Positions 22,254 through 31,473 of a stretch of 64,000 nucleotides of DNA are shown here, piece after piece. The stretch is taken from the NCBI GenBank assembly GCA_963798085.1, contig CAWCRS010000010.1, positions 1-64,000 on the forward strand. Reading direction: 5' to 3'. The position numbers and the translations under genes were made by a program. The DNA comes from an uncultured Gemmatimonadales bacterium. GTDB lineage: Bacteria; Gemmatimonadota; Gemmatimonadetes; Longimicrobiales; RSA9. The notes beneath the pieces were generated by a model. The model had not been told where the DNA came from, did not search any database, and saw nothing but the letters and a program-made list of their open reading frames with translations. Position 1 is the first letter of the stretch. The number at the start of each line of letters is the position of its first letter.

Positions 22254-22933
22254 TCAGTTCGCTCGCCATCTGAAGGACATGCCGGCGAGATTGTGAGCCG
22301 CGCGGGCCACTGTGGACGCATCGCAGCCGAGGCGAGCAGCTATCTCGGGAATCGGCTGGCCTGAAGCCCGCAGCTCTAGGCCGCGGAGAAACATGTCCCA
22401 GCGTAGGAGTTCGCGCGGCAGATGACCTGTGTCGCGCTGCAGATGTTCGGCAAGGCGAGATGCCTCACAGCCAATCGCAGACGCGAGATCCGGGACCGAT
22501 TCTATCCGCGACGGATTCTCGAAAATCAGCGCAACCGCTTTCCGGCTAATTTCCGAATGGCACCGGCGTGCGAGTGCGCGCGCCACGCTTGCGCGGTCGC
22601 GGCCATGAACTCCTCAACGACCGCCAGCAACTGGTCCAGTTGCTTCAGCGCAAGAAACCGATCAAGCCGCACGCCGTGTCGAGCCAGCGTGTCGATGTTC
22701 CGAGCCCCGAGCCGGCAAACAACCGCCAGTTGCAGCATGGGGTGGTGCGTGGGCAGATTGTGTAGTTTGCGAAGCAGGGTGGTATCGTCCAGGTAGCGCT
22801 TGACAACGATCAGCCCCGCCGCAGACGAGATCCGCTGCTCGACCTCGGCCCAGTTGTCAATGACCTCGGCCTTGCGGTAGAGGTGCGCGCGCACCTCGGG
22901 AAGCACATTGTCGGGAGCGTATGCGACCACCAT
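22254..22933 (-). CDS. AraC-like HTH transcriptional regulator with receiver-like N-terminal domain, frameshift near 22585
   Basis: N-half in ORF 22526..22996 (from MVVAYAP); C-half SVPDLASAIGCEASRLAEHL...PRELLRW...IPEIAARLGCDASTVARAA (two HTH-like segments). Confidence 0.65.
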
Positions 22934-23270
22934 AGTGCACCTGCCGCCACGCGTCGGGGGTGCGGTCTGCCGCCGGGGTGGCGCGACCGAATTCATGCAC
23001 GGCAGGCCAATGATACCCCCCCGAAAAGCGGATGGGCAGTTTTCACCTGTTTAGCGCCGACATACCCGAAAGGCGCCGTCTCCGGTGCGCGGACCGCTCG
23101 GTCAGGCCCGCGTAAATCGCGCTCGATCGGGGATTCCCCGTTCACCTGGACCGCGTCGCCCCGTATTCCGTAAGCGGCTCTAACGCCGCAAACGATCACC
23201 TTCACGAGATTCCTGGACGCTCCGGCACTCGGCCCGGCCGTGCCTTCCAGCCGCGACAGCTCGACCGCCA

Positions 23271-23834
23271 CTACACCACGCGCCACCACGGCACGGCTAA
23301 CACGCCTTTCGGGAGCCAGAACGTCTCCTCACCCCCCTGCAGGAGCAGCGCGGCATGCACGCGGTCGCCGTACTCGGCGGCGAACGTGAGCAGGTGGCGC
23401 GCGTCGGAGTGCGCGGGGCGTGTCGTCGCCTTCACCTCTACCGGGAGGAGTCCCCTGCCGTGCTCGATCACAAAATCGACCTCTTCACCATTCACCGTGC
23501 GCCAGAAAAGGACCTCAGGCTTCGGAATCGTGGTGTCGCGCCACACGATGAGATCGATGAGCCCGAGATTCTCCAGATGGGCACCGACGGGATCAATGGT
23601 GCCCGCAACGTGCAGGGCGAGCGCGACGTCGGCCCAGTACAGCTTCGGACTTTTGATCAAGCGCTTCGTTCGATTCACCGCACAGGGCGGTATGCGTACG
23701 ATCTGGTACGACGTTTCGAGCAGGTTCAGCCAGCGGTGCGCGGTGGGTCGGGAGACCGCGACGTCCCGTGCTAACTCGGCCTGGCTCAGCACCGTGCCGT
23801 TCGCAGCGCCGCAGCGTGAACGATTGTCGTTCAT
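23271..23834 (-). pseudogene. C-terminal part of an AAA ATPase/DUF4143 protein; N-terminal ATPase domain missing
   Basis: ELARDVAVSRPTAHRWLNLLE, KRLIKSPKLYWAD, GAHLEN, FWRT..GEEVDFV, PVEVK; no Walker A motif. Confidence 0.8.
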
Positions 23835-23913
23835 GGCTCGACCGAAAACCCCCTCTCAATGGCAGGGCGCCGCAAAATTGGCCCGGCCTCAGCCGAGTGT
23901 CACATTGTCGTAC

Positions 23914-24135
23914 ATGAAGACGACCACCGTTACGATCCGTCTGGACGATCGGTTGCAGAAGGAGCTCGACCAGCTGTGCCGGCACTTGGGACGCACTCGC
24001 AGTGAGGTCGTTCGGGACGCGCTGCGACGGCAGTTGTCGCTGGCGCGTTTTGAACGCAATCGTCGGCGTCTGCTGCCCTGCGCGGAGGCGGCTGGCTACC
24101 TGACCGATGAGGATGTGTTCCGCGACGTTTCGTGA
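23914..24135 (+). CDS. Ribbon-helix-helix (CopG-like) antitoxin
   Basis: MKTTTVTIRLDDRLQKELDQLCRHLGRTRSEVVRDALRR; GTGA overlap with the PIN gene. Confidence 0.85.
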   Translation: MKTTTVTIRLDDRLQKELDQLCRHLGRTRSEVVRDALRRQLSLARFERNRRRLLPCAEAAGYLTDEDVFRDVS

Positions 24136-24563
24136 GGATTTTCTTCGACACGATTGTCCTGGTCAGTGCGCACACCGCCCGGGGTCTCAGTGCGGACCTG
24201 ATGCGACTGGTACTGGGCGAGCACGAGTTCCTTACCGGAGAGGTCAATCTGGAGGAACTGCGTCGCGTGCTTGCACAGCGATTCCGGGTCGCGCCACGGG
24301 TCATCGCTCAGATCGAGCGTGACCTGCGCGCGGAACAGATCATCGCGCGACCCGCAGAGCCGAGCATCCTGCCGCGCACCGATCCTGCCGATCGTTGGGT
24401 ACTGGCTTCGGCATTGGCTGGAGGCGCCGATATCCTGGTGATGGGTGACCGGCATCTTCTGGATGTCGACTCGGAGGCAACGCTGGAGATCCTGAGCCCT
24501 CGAGCCTGTTGGGAACGGCTCCGAGGTTCAGTCGAGAAGTCCAGTGAACGGGACGCGTCCTGA
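24132..24563 (+). CDS. PIN-domain toxin (VapC-like)
   Basis: MRIFFDTIVLVSA, LEELRRVL, DPADRWVLASALAGGADILVMGDRHLL. Confidence 0.85.
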   Translation: MRIFFDTIVLVSAHTARGLSADLMRLVLGEHEFLTGEVNLEELRRVLAQRFRVAPRVIAQIERDLRAEQIIARPAEPSILPRTDPADRWVLASALAGGADILVMGDRHLLDVDSEATLEILSPRACWERLRGSVEKSSERDAS

Positions 24564-24582
24564 CGCTTGCCTGGATCTGCAA

Positions 24583-25956
24583 TTACACAGAACGCGTCGC
24601 CCCGTACTCCTCGAGCAGGCTGGCGGCGGCGTGCATGCCGCGCAGGTAGTTGTCCACGCTCATCCATTCGTCCGGCGCGTGCGCGTTCTCGCCCGGCAGG
24701 CCGAAGCCCATCAGCAGGACGGGCGCCTGCAGCACGCGTTCGAACTCCGAGACAATGGGGATGGACCCGCCCTCGCCGGCGTAGACCACGGGCCGGCCGA
24801 AAGCCGCCTGCAGCGCGCGTGCGGCCGCATCGTAGATGGGTCCTTCCAGGCGGGCCCGCCACGGCTTGCCGCCGTGCATGATCTCGATCTCGACGTGCAC
24901 ACCCTCGGGCGCGACACGGCGCACGTGCTCGACGAACAGCTGCTGGATACGCGCCGGTTCCTGGTCCGGCACCAGCCGGCAGCTGACCTTGGCCATGGCC
25001 TTTGCCGGCAGCACGGTCTTGGAGCCCTCGGCCGTGTAGCCTGATAACAGGCCGTTAACCTCGCATGTCGGGCGCGTCCACACGCGTTCGAACGTGGTGT
25101 AGCCAGCTTCGCCCGCCAGCATGCTGGCGCCCGTTTCCAGGCGGAACTTCTCCCCGTCGAAGGGGAGCTTGCGGATGCGATCGCCGAATTCGGGCGAGGC
25201 ACGCAGATTGTCGTAGAAGCCGGGAATCGCGACGTGCCAGTTCTCGTCGTGGAAGGACGCAATGATGCGCGCCAGTGCGGTGGCCGGGTTGATCACCGTG
25301 CCACCGTAGCTGCCCGAGTGCAGGTCGGTGGCCGGACCCTGCACGCGCACTTCGAAATACGCCAGGCCGCGCAGCGATGCGCCGATCGTGGGGATGCCGG
25401 CGCCCAGCATGGACGAGTCCGAAATGACGACGGCATCGGCGGCCAGGCGCTCGGCGTTCTGCTCGACGAACGGCATGAGGTTGGCGCTGCCCACTTCTTC
25501 TTCGCCCTCGGCAATGAGCACGACATTCACGGGCAGCCGGCCGTGCGTGCGCAGGTGCGATTCGATCGCCTTCACGTGCAGGTAGAGCTGACCCTTGTCG
25601 TCCACCGAGCCGCGCGCGTAGATGCGGCCGTTGCGCAGCGTGGGCTCGAAGGGTGGCGAACTCCACAGCTCGAGCGGCTCCGGTGGCTGCACATCGTAGT
25701 GGCCGTAGATCAGCAGTGTGGGCAGGTGCGTGCCGCCCGCCCGCCATTCACCCAGCACGATGGGGTGGCCGGCCGTCTCGTGCACACTGGCTTCCAGTCC
25801 GGCTTCGCGCATGCGCTCCGCCAGCCAGTCGGCCGCATGGCGAGTGTCCGCCCGGTGCTCGGAGCGCGCTGACACGCTGGGAATGCGCAGGAACTCGAAC
25901 AGCTCCTCGGTGAGTCTGGCTTCGTGATGGTCGATCCATTCCTGCGTGTTCATCAT
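24583..25956 (-). CDS. M20-family dipeptidase
   Basis: YGHYDVQP, ARGSVDDKGQ, EGEEEVGS, DLHSG, GGSIP, HAPDE. Confidence 0.93.
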   Translation of the reverse strand: MMNTQEWIDHHEARLTEELFEFLRIPSVSARSEHRADTRHAADWLAERMREAGLEASVHETAGHPIVLGEWRAGGTHLPTLLIYGHYDVQPPEPLELWSSPPFEPTLRNGRIYARGSVDDKGQLYLHVKAIESHLRTHGRLPVNVVLIAEGEEEVGSANLMPFVEQNAERLAADAVVISDSSMLGAGIPTIGASLRGLAYFEVRVQGPATDLHSGSYGGTVINPATALARIIASFHDENWHVAIPGFYDNLRASPEFGDRIRKLPFDGEKFRLETGASMLAGEAGYTTFERVWTRPTCEVNGLLSGYTAEGSKTVLPAKAMAKVSCRLVPDQEPARIQQLFVEHVRRVAPEGVHVEIEIMHGGKPWRARLEGPIYDAAARALQAAFGRPVVYAGEGGSIPIVSEFERVLQAPVLLMGFGLPGENAHAPDEWMSVDNYLRGMHAAASLLEEYGATRSV

Positions 25957-28217
25957 TCACGCCCTCCGGCCGGGCCCTGGCCCAGCAGCTCGCGCAGCAG
26001 CGCATCCGCGCCGTCAATGTTGCGCAGCGCTTCCACAATGCCGGCGGCGTGCACGGCCACCGTCCGACCGGTTTCGCTGCGGAACAGGAACTCGTTGGGC
26101 AGCTGCTCAATGTTGCCATCGAACACCAGACCCACAACGCGACCCTGCTCATCGATCATGGGACTGCCGCTGTTGCCGCCCGTGATGTCGGTGGTGGACA
26201 CGAAGTCGAGCGGCGTCGTCATGTCGACGGACTTCGTGGCCCGCGAGAAAGCCGTGGGCAGCGTCCAGGGCATGGCGTTGCCGAACTCTACGGAGCGCGC
26301 CCACATGCCGTAGAACGTGGTGAACGGCGGCGCAAACGTGCCGTTATAGGCATACCGCTCGATGCGGCCGTCAGAGATGCGCAGCGTGAACGTGGCGTCA
26401 GGCGGCAGGCTCGTGCCGTACACGGCAAACAGGGCCTTGGCCAGACGTTGCTTCTGCACCGTCTCTGCGGCCTGCACGGTGCGCCATTTCTCCGTCAGCT
26501 GGGCGTTCATGGCCGCCGCGTCCCGGGCCAGCGCCACCAGCGGATCGGTGGCTGCGTCCAGTGCGGCCGGCCCGCCCTGCATGATCTGCTTGCGGAACGC
26601 CGCATCCAGAATGTGCGTGCTGCCCGAGAGACGCTGGGTCGCTTCATCTACGCTCTCGTCCGGCTTGAACAACATGTTATAGAACGGGTCTTCGGGCGTC
26701 AGCCAGCTGTGCGCCAGCTCCAGCTGGCGCTGCAGCGTGGACCACGCGAACTGCGGGTCGATGGGCTGCGCCGCTTCGAGCTGCCCCTGCATCTGCTGCG
26801 CATTGGCGCCACGGAACGAGTTGCTGCGCTGCGCTTCCGGTTTCGCCATCTCGCGCACCCAGCTCACCAGCTCGGACGCGTACACCAGCTCGGGCGCACC
26901 CACGAGCTGCAGGTTGGACATGTTGAGGCGGGGGCTGACCGCGAGTTTGTCCTTCTGGATGTCCTCGAGCCGGTTCCAGACATCGCCATACTGCGCGGTC
27001 AGCTGGGCAGCCGCTTTCACGCGGTCGCGGAATTCGCGTTCCCAGCGCAGCTTGGTTCCCGCCAGCAGCGTGTCGCGCAATCCCTCCAGCTCACCGCGAT
27101 ACGCCTTCAGGCTGTTCTCGACCTCGAACAGCTCCTGCCGGATCTCGGTCTCCGCCTGCGGATTGGCGCGCGCGTAGGATTCGAGCATGTCCCGCTGCGC
27201 GCTGAGCAGCTGGATCAGGAACGGATGGCGGTACACACGCTCGTACATCAGCTGCGACATCGTGATCAGGCGACTGGTCGAACCGGGATTCCCGGTGACG
27301 AACACGGTTTCGCCTTCGCGCGCGCCTTCCGGACGGAAGCGGAAATACTGCGGCGTCCGCGCGGGCGTCGAGCCGTCGCTCGCGTAGGCGCGCACGAAGC
27401 TGACATCGAGGTCGTAGCGCGGATACGTGAAGTTGTCCGGATCGCCGCCGAAGAAGCCCGCCTGCAGCTCCGGCGCGAACACCAGTTTCACGGGCTGCCA
27501 GCGCTTGTACTGGTAGAGCTGGTATTGCCCGCCCTGGAACAGCGACACCACCTGGCACGTGTTGCTGGTCCTGGCCTTGCACTCGGCTTCGATCTGCTGT
27601 GTCGCGCGCTGAATCGATTCCGCGATCTGCGTGTCACTGCCGCCCGCGGGCGAGGCGGCCTGCACGCGCGCGGTCACATCCTCAATGGCCACGAGCTGAT
27701 CCAGGAACAGATCCGGACACAGTCGCTCTTCCTGCCGTGTCTTCGCCTGGAATCCCTTGACCACATAGTCCGAGCCGGGCGACGAATTCGCTTCCACGCA
27801 CTCGCGCGCGCAGTGGTGATTCGTCATGACCAGACCGTCGGGCGAAACGAAGGATGCGGAGCAGATCTCGCCGAAGCGCACGGAGGAAAGGCGAACGTGC
27901 TCCAGCCAGTCGGGTGTCGCCGTGAAGTTGTATTGCTTCTTCCAGTAGTCGAGCGGAGGATTCTCGAAGGTCCACATGGTGCCCAGTTCACGGCCCGTCA
28001 GCGTCACGCGATCCGCGACGCGCTGCGCGCCCTCCGACGGTTCCAGCGAGAACCGTCCGGGCGCCGTCGCCTGCGGCGTGGCCGCTGCCGTTGCCGCGGG
28101 CGCCACGGGTCGCGCCGTCGTGGGTCCCGCTGCGGGCGCCTGTCCCGAGGAGGCGCAGCCGGCCAGCACGAAGACGACGAGGACTGCCCGGTAGCCGGGC
28201 GACCCTGGGTGCTTCAT
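25953..28217 (-). CDS. S46-family dipeptidyl peptidase, lipoprotein
   Basis: Lipobox LAGC; GTMWTF, CSASFVSPDGLVMTNHHC, GGDPDNFTYPR, PDATFTLRIS, DITGGNSGSP. Confidence 0.95.
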   Translation of the reverse strand: MKHPGSPGYRAVLVVFVLAGCASSGQAPAAGPTTARPVAPAATAAATPQATAPGRFSLEPSEGAQRVADRVTLTGRELGTMWTFENPPLDYWKKQYNFTATPDWLEHVRLSSVRFGEICSASFVSPDGLVMTNHHCARECVEANSSPGSDYVVKGFQAKTRQEERLCPDLFLDQLVAIEDVTARVQAASPAGGSDTQIAESIQRATQQIEAECKARTSNTCQVVSLFQGGQYQLYQYKRWQPVKLVFAPELQAGFFGGDPDNFTYPRYDLDVSFVRAYASDGSTPARTPQYFRFRPEGAREGETVFVTGNPGSTSRLITMSQLMYERVYRHPFLIQLLSAQRDMLESYARANPQAETEIRQELFEVENSLKAYRGELEGLRDTLLAGTKLRWEREFRDRVKAAAQLTAQYGDVWNRLEDIQKDKLAVSPRLNMSNLQLVGAPELVYASELVSWVREMAKPEAQRSNSFRGANAQQMQGQLEAAQPIDPQFAWSTLQRQLELAHSWLTPEDPFYNMLFKPDESVDEATQRLSGSTHILDAAFRKQIMQGGPAALDAATDPLVALARDAAAMNAQLTEKWRTVQAAETVQKQRLAKALFAVYGTSLPPDATFTLRISDGRIERYAYNGTFAPPFTTFYGMWARSVEFGNAMPWTLPTAFSRATKSVDMTTPLDFVSTTDITGGNSGSPMIDEQGRVVGLVFDGNIEQLPNEFLFRSETGRTVAVHAAGIVEALRNIDGADALLRELLGQGPAGGRE

Positions 28218-28292
28218 GGCGAACTCCGGGAAACGGAAAAGCACTGTTATCAAGCCGCGCGCGCCGCGGCCGTCGTACGAACCCGCGAACAC

Positions 28293-29396
28293 TTACTGTG
28301 CCGGGTTCGTCGAGGTTCGGGAATCTGTTGCCGCCGCCCCTGACTGCGCCAGATAGGCAGCCACCGCAGGGGGCAGCTGCGCCGCCGTCGTCGCCTGTAT
28401 GCAGTGCAGCGGCTCCGTGCTGCTGAGCGTGTGCACGTACAGGGGCAGGCTCTCGTTCCCGTGCGCCAGCAGATCGGCCGCGGCCTTCGCGGTATACGTG
28501 TCGTCCAGGCGCAGGCCCGCCGCGGCGAATGCGGCCGTAGCCTGCGCGCCCGCCTCCGTGGGTTTGCCGTAGCCCCGGCCGATCTGTTCGTGACGCAGCT
28601 CGACCGTGCGCAGCGCACGCTCCACCGGCACCGCAATCCCGGCGCGCTGCAGGATTCCGGCCGCACCGCGCACCAGGCTGGCGAGCGCCCGCTCGTTGGT
28701 GACCAGGCGGCTGGTAATGCGAGTGGCCGCAATGGGCACATCCAGACCCGCGAGCGTGAGTCCGATGGCCAGACCGCCGGCCGTGCCCAGCGTTCCGGCC
28801 GCTACATGAATCACGGTGGGTTTCGGGCACTCGCCGCGCTGTATCTGCTCGGCCAGCTCGAGTCCCGCATCGACCCAGCCCATTGTGCCCAGCGCATCGG
28901 AGCCGCCGGGCGCAATGACGAACGGCCTTTCCCGCCGGTGCGCGATCCTCGCCTGCAGCATGGCCACCGGCACCATCTCCATGCGCGCCAGCCAGCGGAT
29001 GTCCGCACCCAGCGCCTGGTCCATCAGCAGGATGTTGCGCACATGCGGCGTGAGCGGCTGCGGGAACAGCACGATCGTGACCTCGAATCCCGCAGCGCGT
29101 CCGTGCGCGGTGGTGGCCAGCGCGTGATGCGAACCCGCGGCGCCCACCGTAATGAGCCGCATCGACTGCCGCCGTCGTGCTTCCGCCAGCAGGTACTCGA
29201 GCTTGCGCACCTTGTTACCACCATACAGTCCGGCGGAAAGATCATCGCGCTTCACGAGAATCGTGCGTGTGCGTCCGTCACGGCCCTCGATTGCCACGCT
29301 GTCGATGCGTGTGGGAAAGCGACCCAGTGGCGTCCACGGCAGGTACTGCTGCAGGGCCGGGTAGCGACGGAACAGCGCGCGCGGCAGCTCGCTCAT
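28293..29396 (-). CDS. D-cysteine desulfhydrase/ACC deaminase family PLP enzyme
   Basis: KRDDLS...GGNKVRKLEY, GSHHALATT, PGGS, AAGTLGTAGG, LDDTYTAK. Confidence 0.88.
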   Translation of the reverse strand: MSELPRALFRRYPALQQYLPWTPLGRFPTRIDSVAIEGRDGRTRTILVKRDDLSAGLYGGNKVRKLEYLLAEARRRQSMRLITVGAAGSHHALATTAHGRAAGFEVTIVLFPQPLTPHVRNILLMDQALGADIRWLARMEMVPVAMLQARIAHRRERPFVIAPGGSDALGTMGWVDAGLELAEQIQRGECPKPTVIHVAAGTLGTAGGLAIGLTLAGLDVPIAATRITSRLVTNERALASLVRGAAGILQRAGIAVPVERALRTVELRHEQIGRGYGKPTEAGAQATAAFAAAGLRLDDTYTAKAAADLLAHGNESLPLYVHTLSSTEPLHCIQATTAAQLPPAVAAYLAQSGAAATDSRTSTNPAQ

Positions 29397-29470
29397 GCTG
29401 CGAAGCTACAGTCGCCAGGCCGCGCCGGCGACCGGTGGTGCGCGGAGCGCGCGTGCGATACGATTCGCCG

Positions 29471-30712
29471 ATGACGGATCCCTCCCCGGATCGCGGAACG
29501 CTGCGCCAGGCACTGCTGCGCGGCAATGTGCTGTGGCTCAGCATCGTGTCGCTGCTCAACGACACGGCCAGCGAGATGATCTATCCGCTGCTGCCGCTCT
29601 TCCTCGTACAGACACTGGGTGCGGGCACCGCTTTCCTGGGCCTGGTGGAAGGCGTGGCGGAGAGCGCCTCCAGCCTGTTCAAGCTGGCCAGCGGCTGGAT
29701 CTCGGATCGCGCGCATCGCCGCAAGCCGCTGATCGTCGGCGGCTACGCGCTGGCCGCCGCCATTCGCCCTCTGATTGCGCTCGTCACTGCGCCCTGGCAG
29801 GTGCTCGCCATCCGCTTCACCGATCGCGTGGGCAAGGGTGCCCGCACCGCACCACGCGACGCGCTGCTCGCCGCATCCGTCGCGCCGGAGATGCGTGGCC
29901 GCGCCTTCGGCTTCCATCGCGCCGCGGATCACGCCGGCGCCGTACTCGGTCCGCTGCTGGCCGCTCTCCTGCTGCTGGTGTTCGCCGATCGCATGCGCCC
30001 GGTCTTCGCGCTGGCCGCTGTGCCCGGTGCGCTCACGCTGCTGGTGCTGCTGCTCCGCGTACGGGAGTCAGGCGACGACGCCGCCTCGCCTTCCGGCCGC
30101 ACATTGCCGGTGATGCCGCCGCCGGCTCCGGGCGGCGCAGCGCCCGTGATAACAGGTGTGTTCGCACGCTACCTGGTGGTGCTCGCCATCTTCACGCTGG
30201 GCAATGCCACCGATGCCTTCCTGCTGCTGCGCGCCAGCACGCTGGGCGTGGCGGAAGCGGCCATTCCGCTGCTCTGGGGACTGCACCACGTGAGCAAGAT
30301 GACGTGGAGCCTGCCCGGCGGTGCGCTGGCCGACCGGTATGGCCCGCGGCCCGCGATCATCGGCGGCTGGCTGGTGTACGCGCTGACCTATGCCGGCTTC
30401 GCGCTGGCCTCCACAGCCTGGCACGTGTGGGCACTGTTTGTCGTGTACGGCCTGTTCTACGGACTTACCGAATCACCCGAGAAAGCGCTGGTCGCCTCGC
30501 TCGCGCCCGCGGACCGGCGCGGTTCCGCGTTCGGTGCCTATCACGCTGTTATCGGCTTCGTGGCGCTGCCCGCCAGCATTCTCTTCGGCGTGCTCTGGCA
30601 GAAGGCGGGGGTGAGCATTGCCTTCTTCACGGGCAGCGGGATGGCCCTGCTGGCGGCGATTCTGCTGCTCGCGCTCGTGCCTGCACGGGGTGGGCGCACC
30701 GCCTCCGCATGA
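29471..30712 (+). CDS. MFS transporter
   Basis: SLLNDTASEMIYPLLP, DRVGKGARTAPRDAL, GRAFGFHRAADHAGA; 12-TM pattern. Confidence 0.92.
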   Translation: MTDPSPDRGTLRQALLRGNVLWLSIVSLLNDTASEMIYPLLPLFLVQTLGAGTAFLGLVEGVAESASSLFKLASGWISDRAHRRKPLIVGGYALAAAIRPLIALVTAPWQVLAIRFTDRVGKGARTAPRDALLAASVAPEMRGRAFGFHRAADHAGAVLGPLLAALLLLVFADRMRPVFALAAVPGALTLLVLLLRVRESGDDAASPSGRTLPVMPPPAPGGAAPVITGVFARYLVVLAIFTLGNATDAFLLLRASTLGVAEAAIPLLWGLHHVSKMTWSLPGGALADRYGPRPAIIGGWLVYALTYAGFALASTAWHVWALFVVYGLFYGLTESPEKALVASLAPADRRGSAFGAYHAVIGFVALPASILFGVLWQKAGVSIAFFTGSGMALLAAILLLALVPARGGRTASA

Positions 30713-31473
30713 CACCCCACCCGGACAGCCCGCTGGCTCGCTCGTTCGTGGTGGTGCTGAACGAGACGCAGGACATCGTGAACATCGCGGGCACGGTGCG
30801 CGCCATGATGAACATGGGACTGGAGCAGCTGCGTCTGGTCCGCCCGGCCATTTACGACGCGCACCGCATTGCCGGCATCGCCCATGGCGCGGAGCCGCTG
30901 CTGGAGCGCGTCGCATTCTTCGATACGCTGGCGGATGCGCTGAAGGATACGGGCCGCGTCGTCGGTACCACGGCGAGGCGGCGCACGGCCACCTACGTCT
31001 GGCAGCACCCGCGGGAGGCCGCACCGGAACTGATCGCGCTGGCGCCTTCCCTGCAGGGGCCCATTGCCCTGGTCTTTGGCCGCGAAGACAAGGGTCTGGC
31101 CAACGAAGAGCTGGATCTTTGCGACCTGCTGCTCGTCGTCCCCACGGACCCCGGCCACACTTCTCTCAATCTCGCGCAGGCGGTGCTGCTGGTCGCGTAC
31201 GAGCTGCAGCTGGCCGCGGCGGCGCGCAGTGCACTTCCCCGCCCCAAGCGTCGCGCCGGTCCGGCCTCGCCGCAGGAGATGACAGCGATGTTCGCGGACA
31301 CGCACACCGCGCTCGAGACCATCGAGTTCTTCAAGGCGAGGAATGCGCCCATGGTGATGCGCACGGTGCGCGCCATCCTCAGGCGCTCGCAGCTCAATGC
31401 GCGCGAGGTCAAGCTGCTGCGCGCCATGGCCATCGAGGTGCGCAAGTATTTCGAGCGCCTCAGGAATCGTTGA
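30709..31473 (+). CDS. SPOUT RNA methyltransferase, TrmJ/TrmH family
   Basis: NIAGTVRAMMNMG, VVGTTAR, VFGREDKGLANEEL, SLNLAQAV. Confidence 0.9.
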   Translation: MTPHPDSPLARSFVVVLNETQDIVNIAGTVRAMMNMGLEQLRLVRPAIYDAHRIAGIAHGAEPLLERVAFFDTLADALKDTGRVVGTTARRRTATYVWQHPREAAPELIALAPSLQGPIALVFGREDKGLANEELDLCDLLLVVPTDPGHTSLNLAQAVLLVAYELQLAAAARSALPRPKRRAGPASPQEMTAMFADTHTALETIEFFKARNAPMVMRTVRAILRRSQLNAREVKLLRAMAIEVRKYFERLRNR

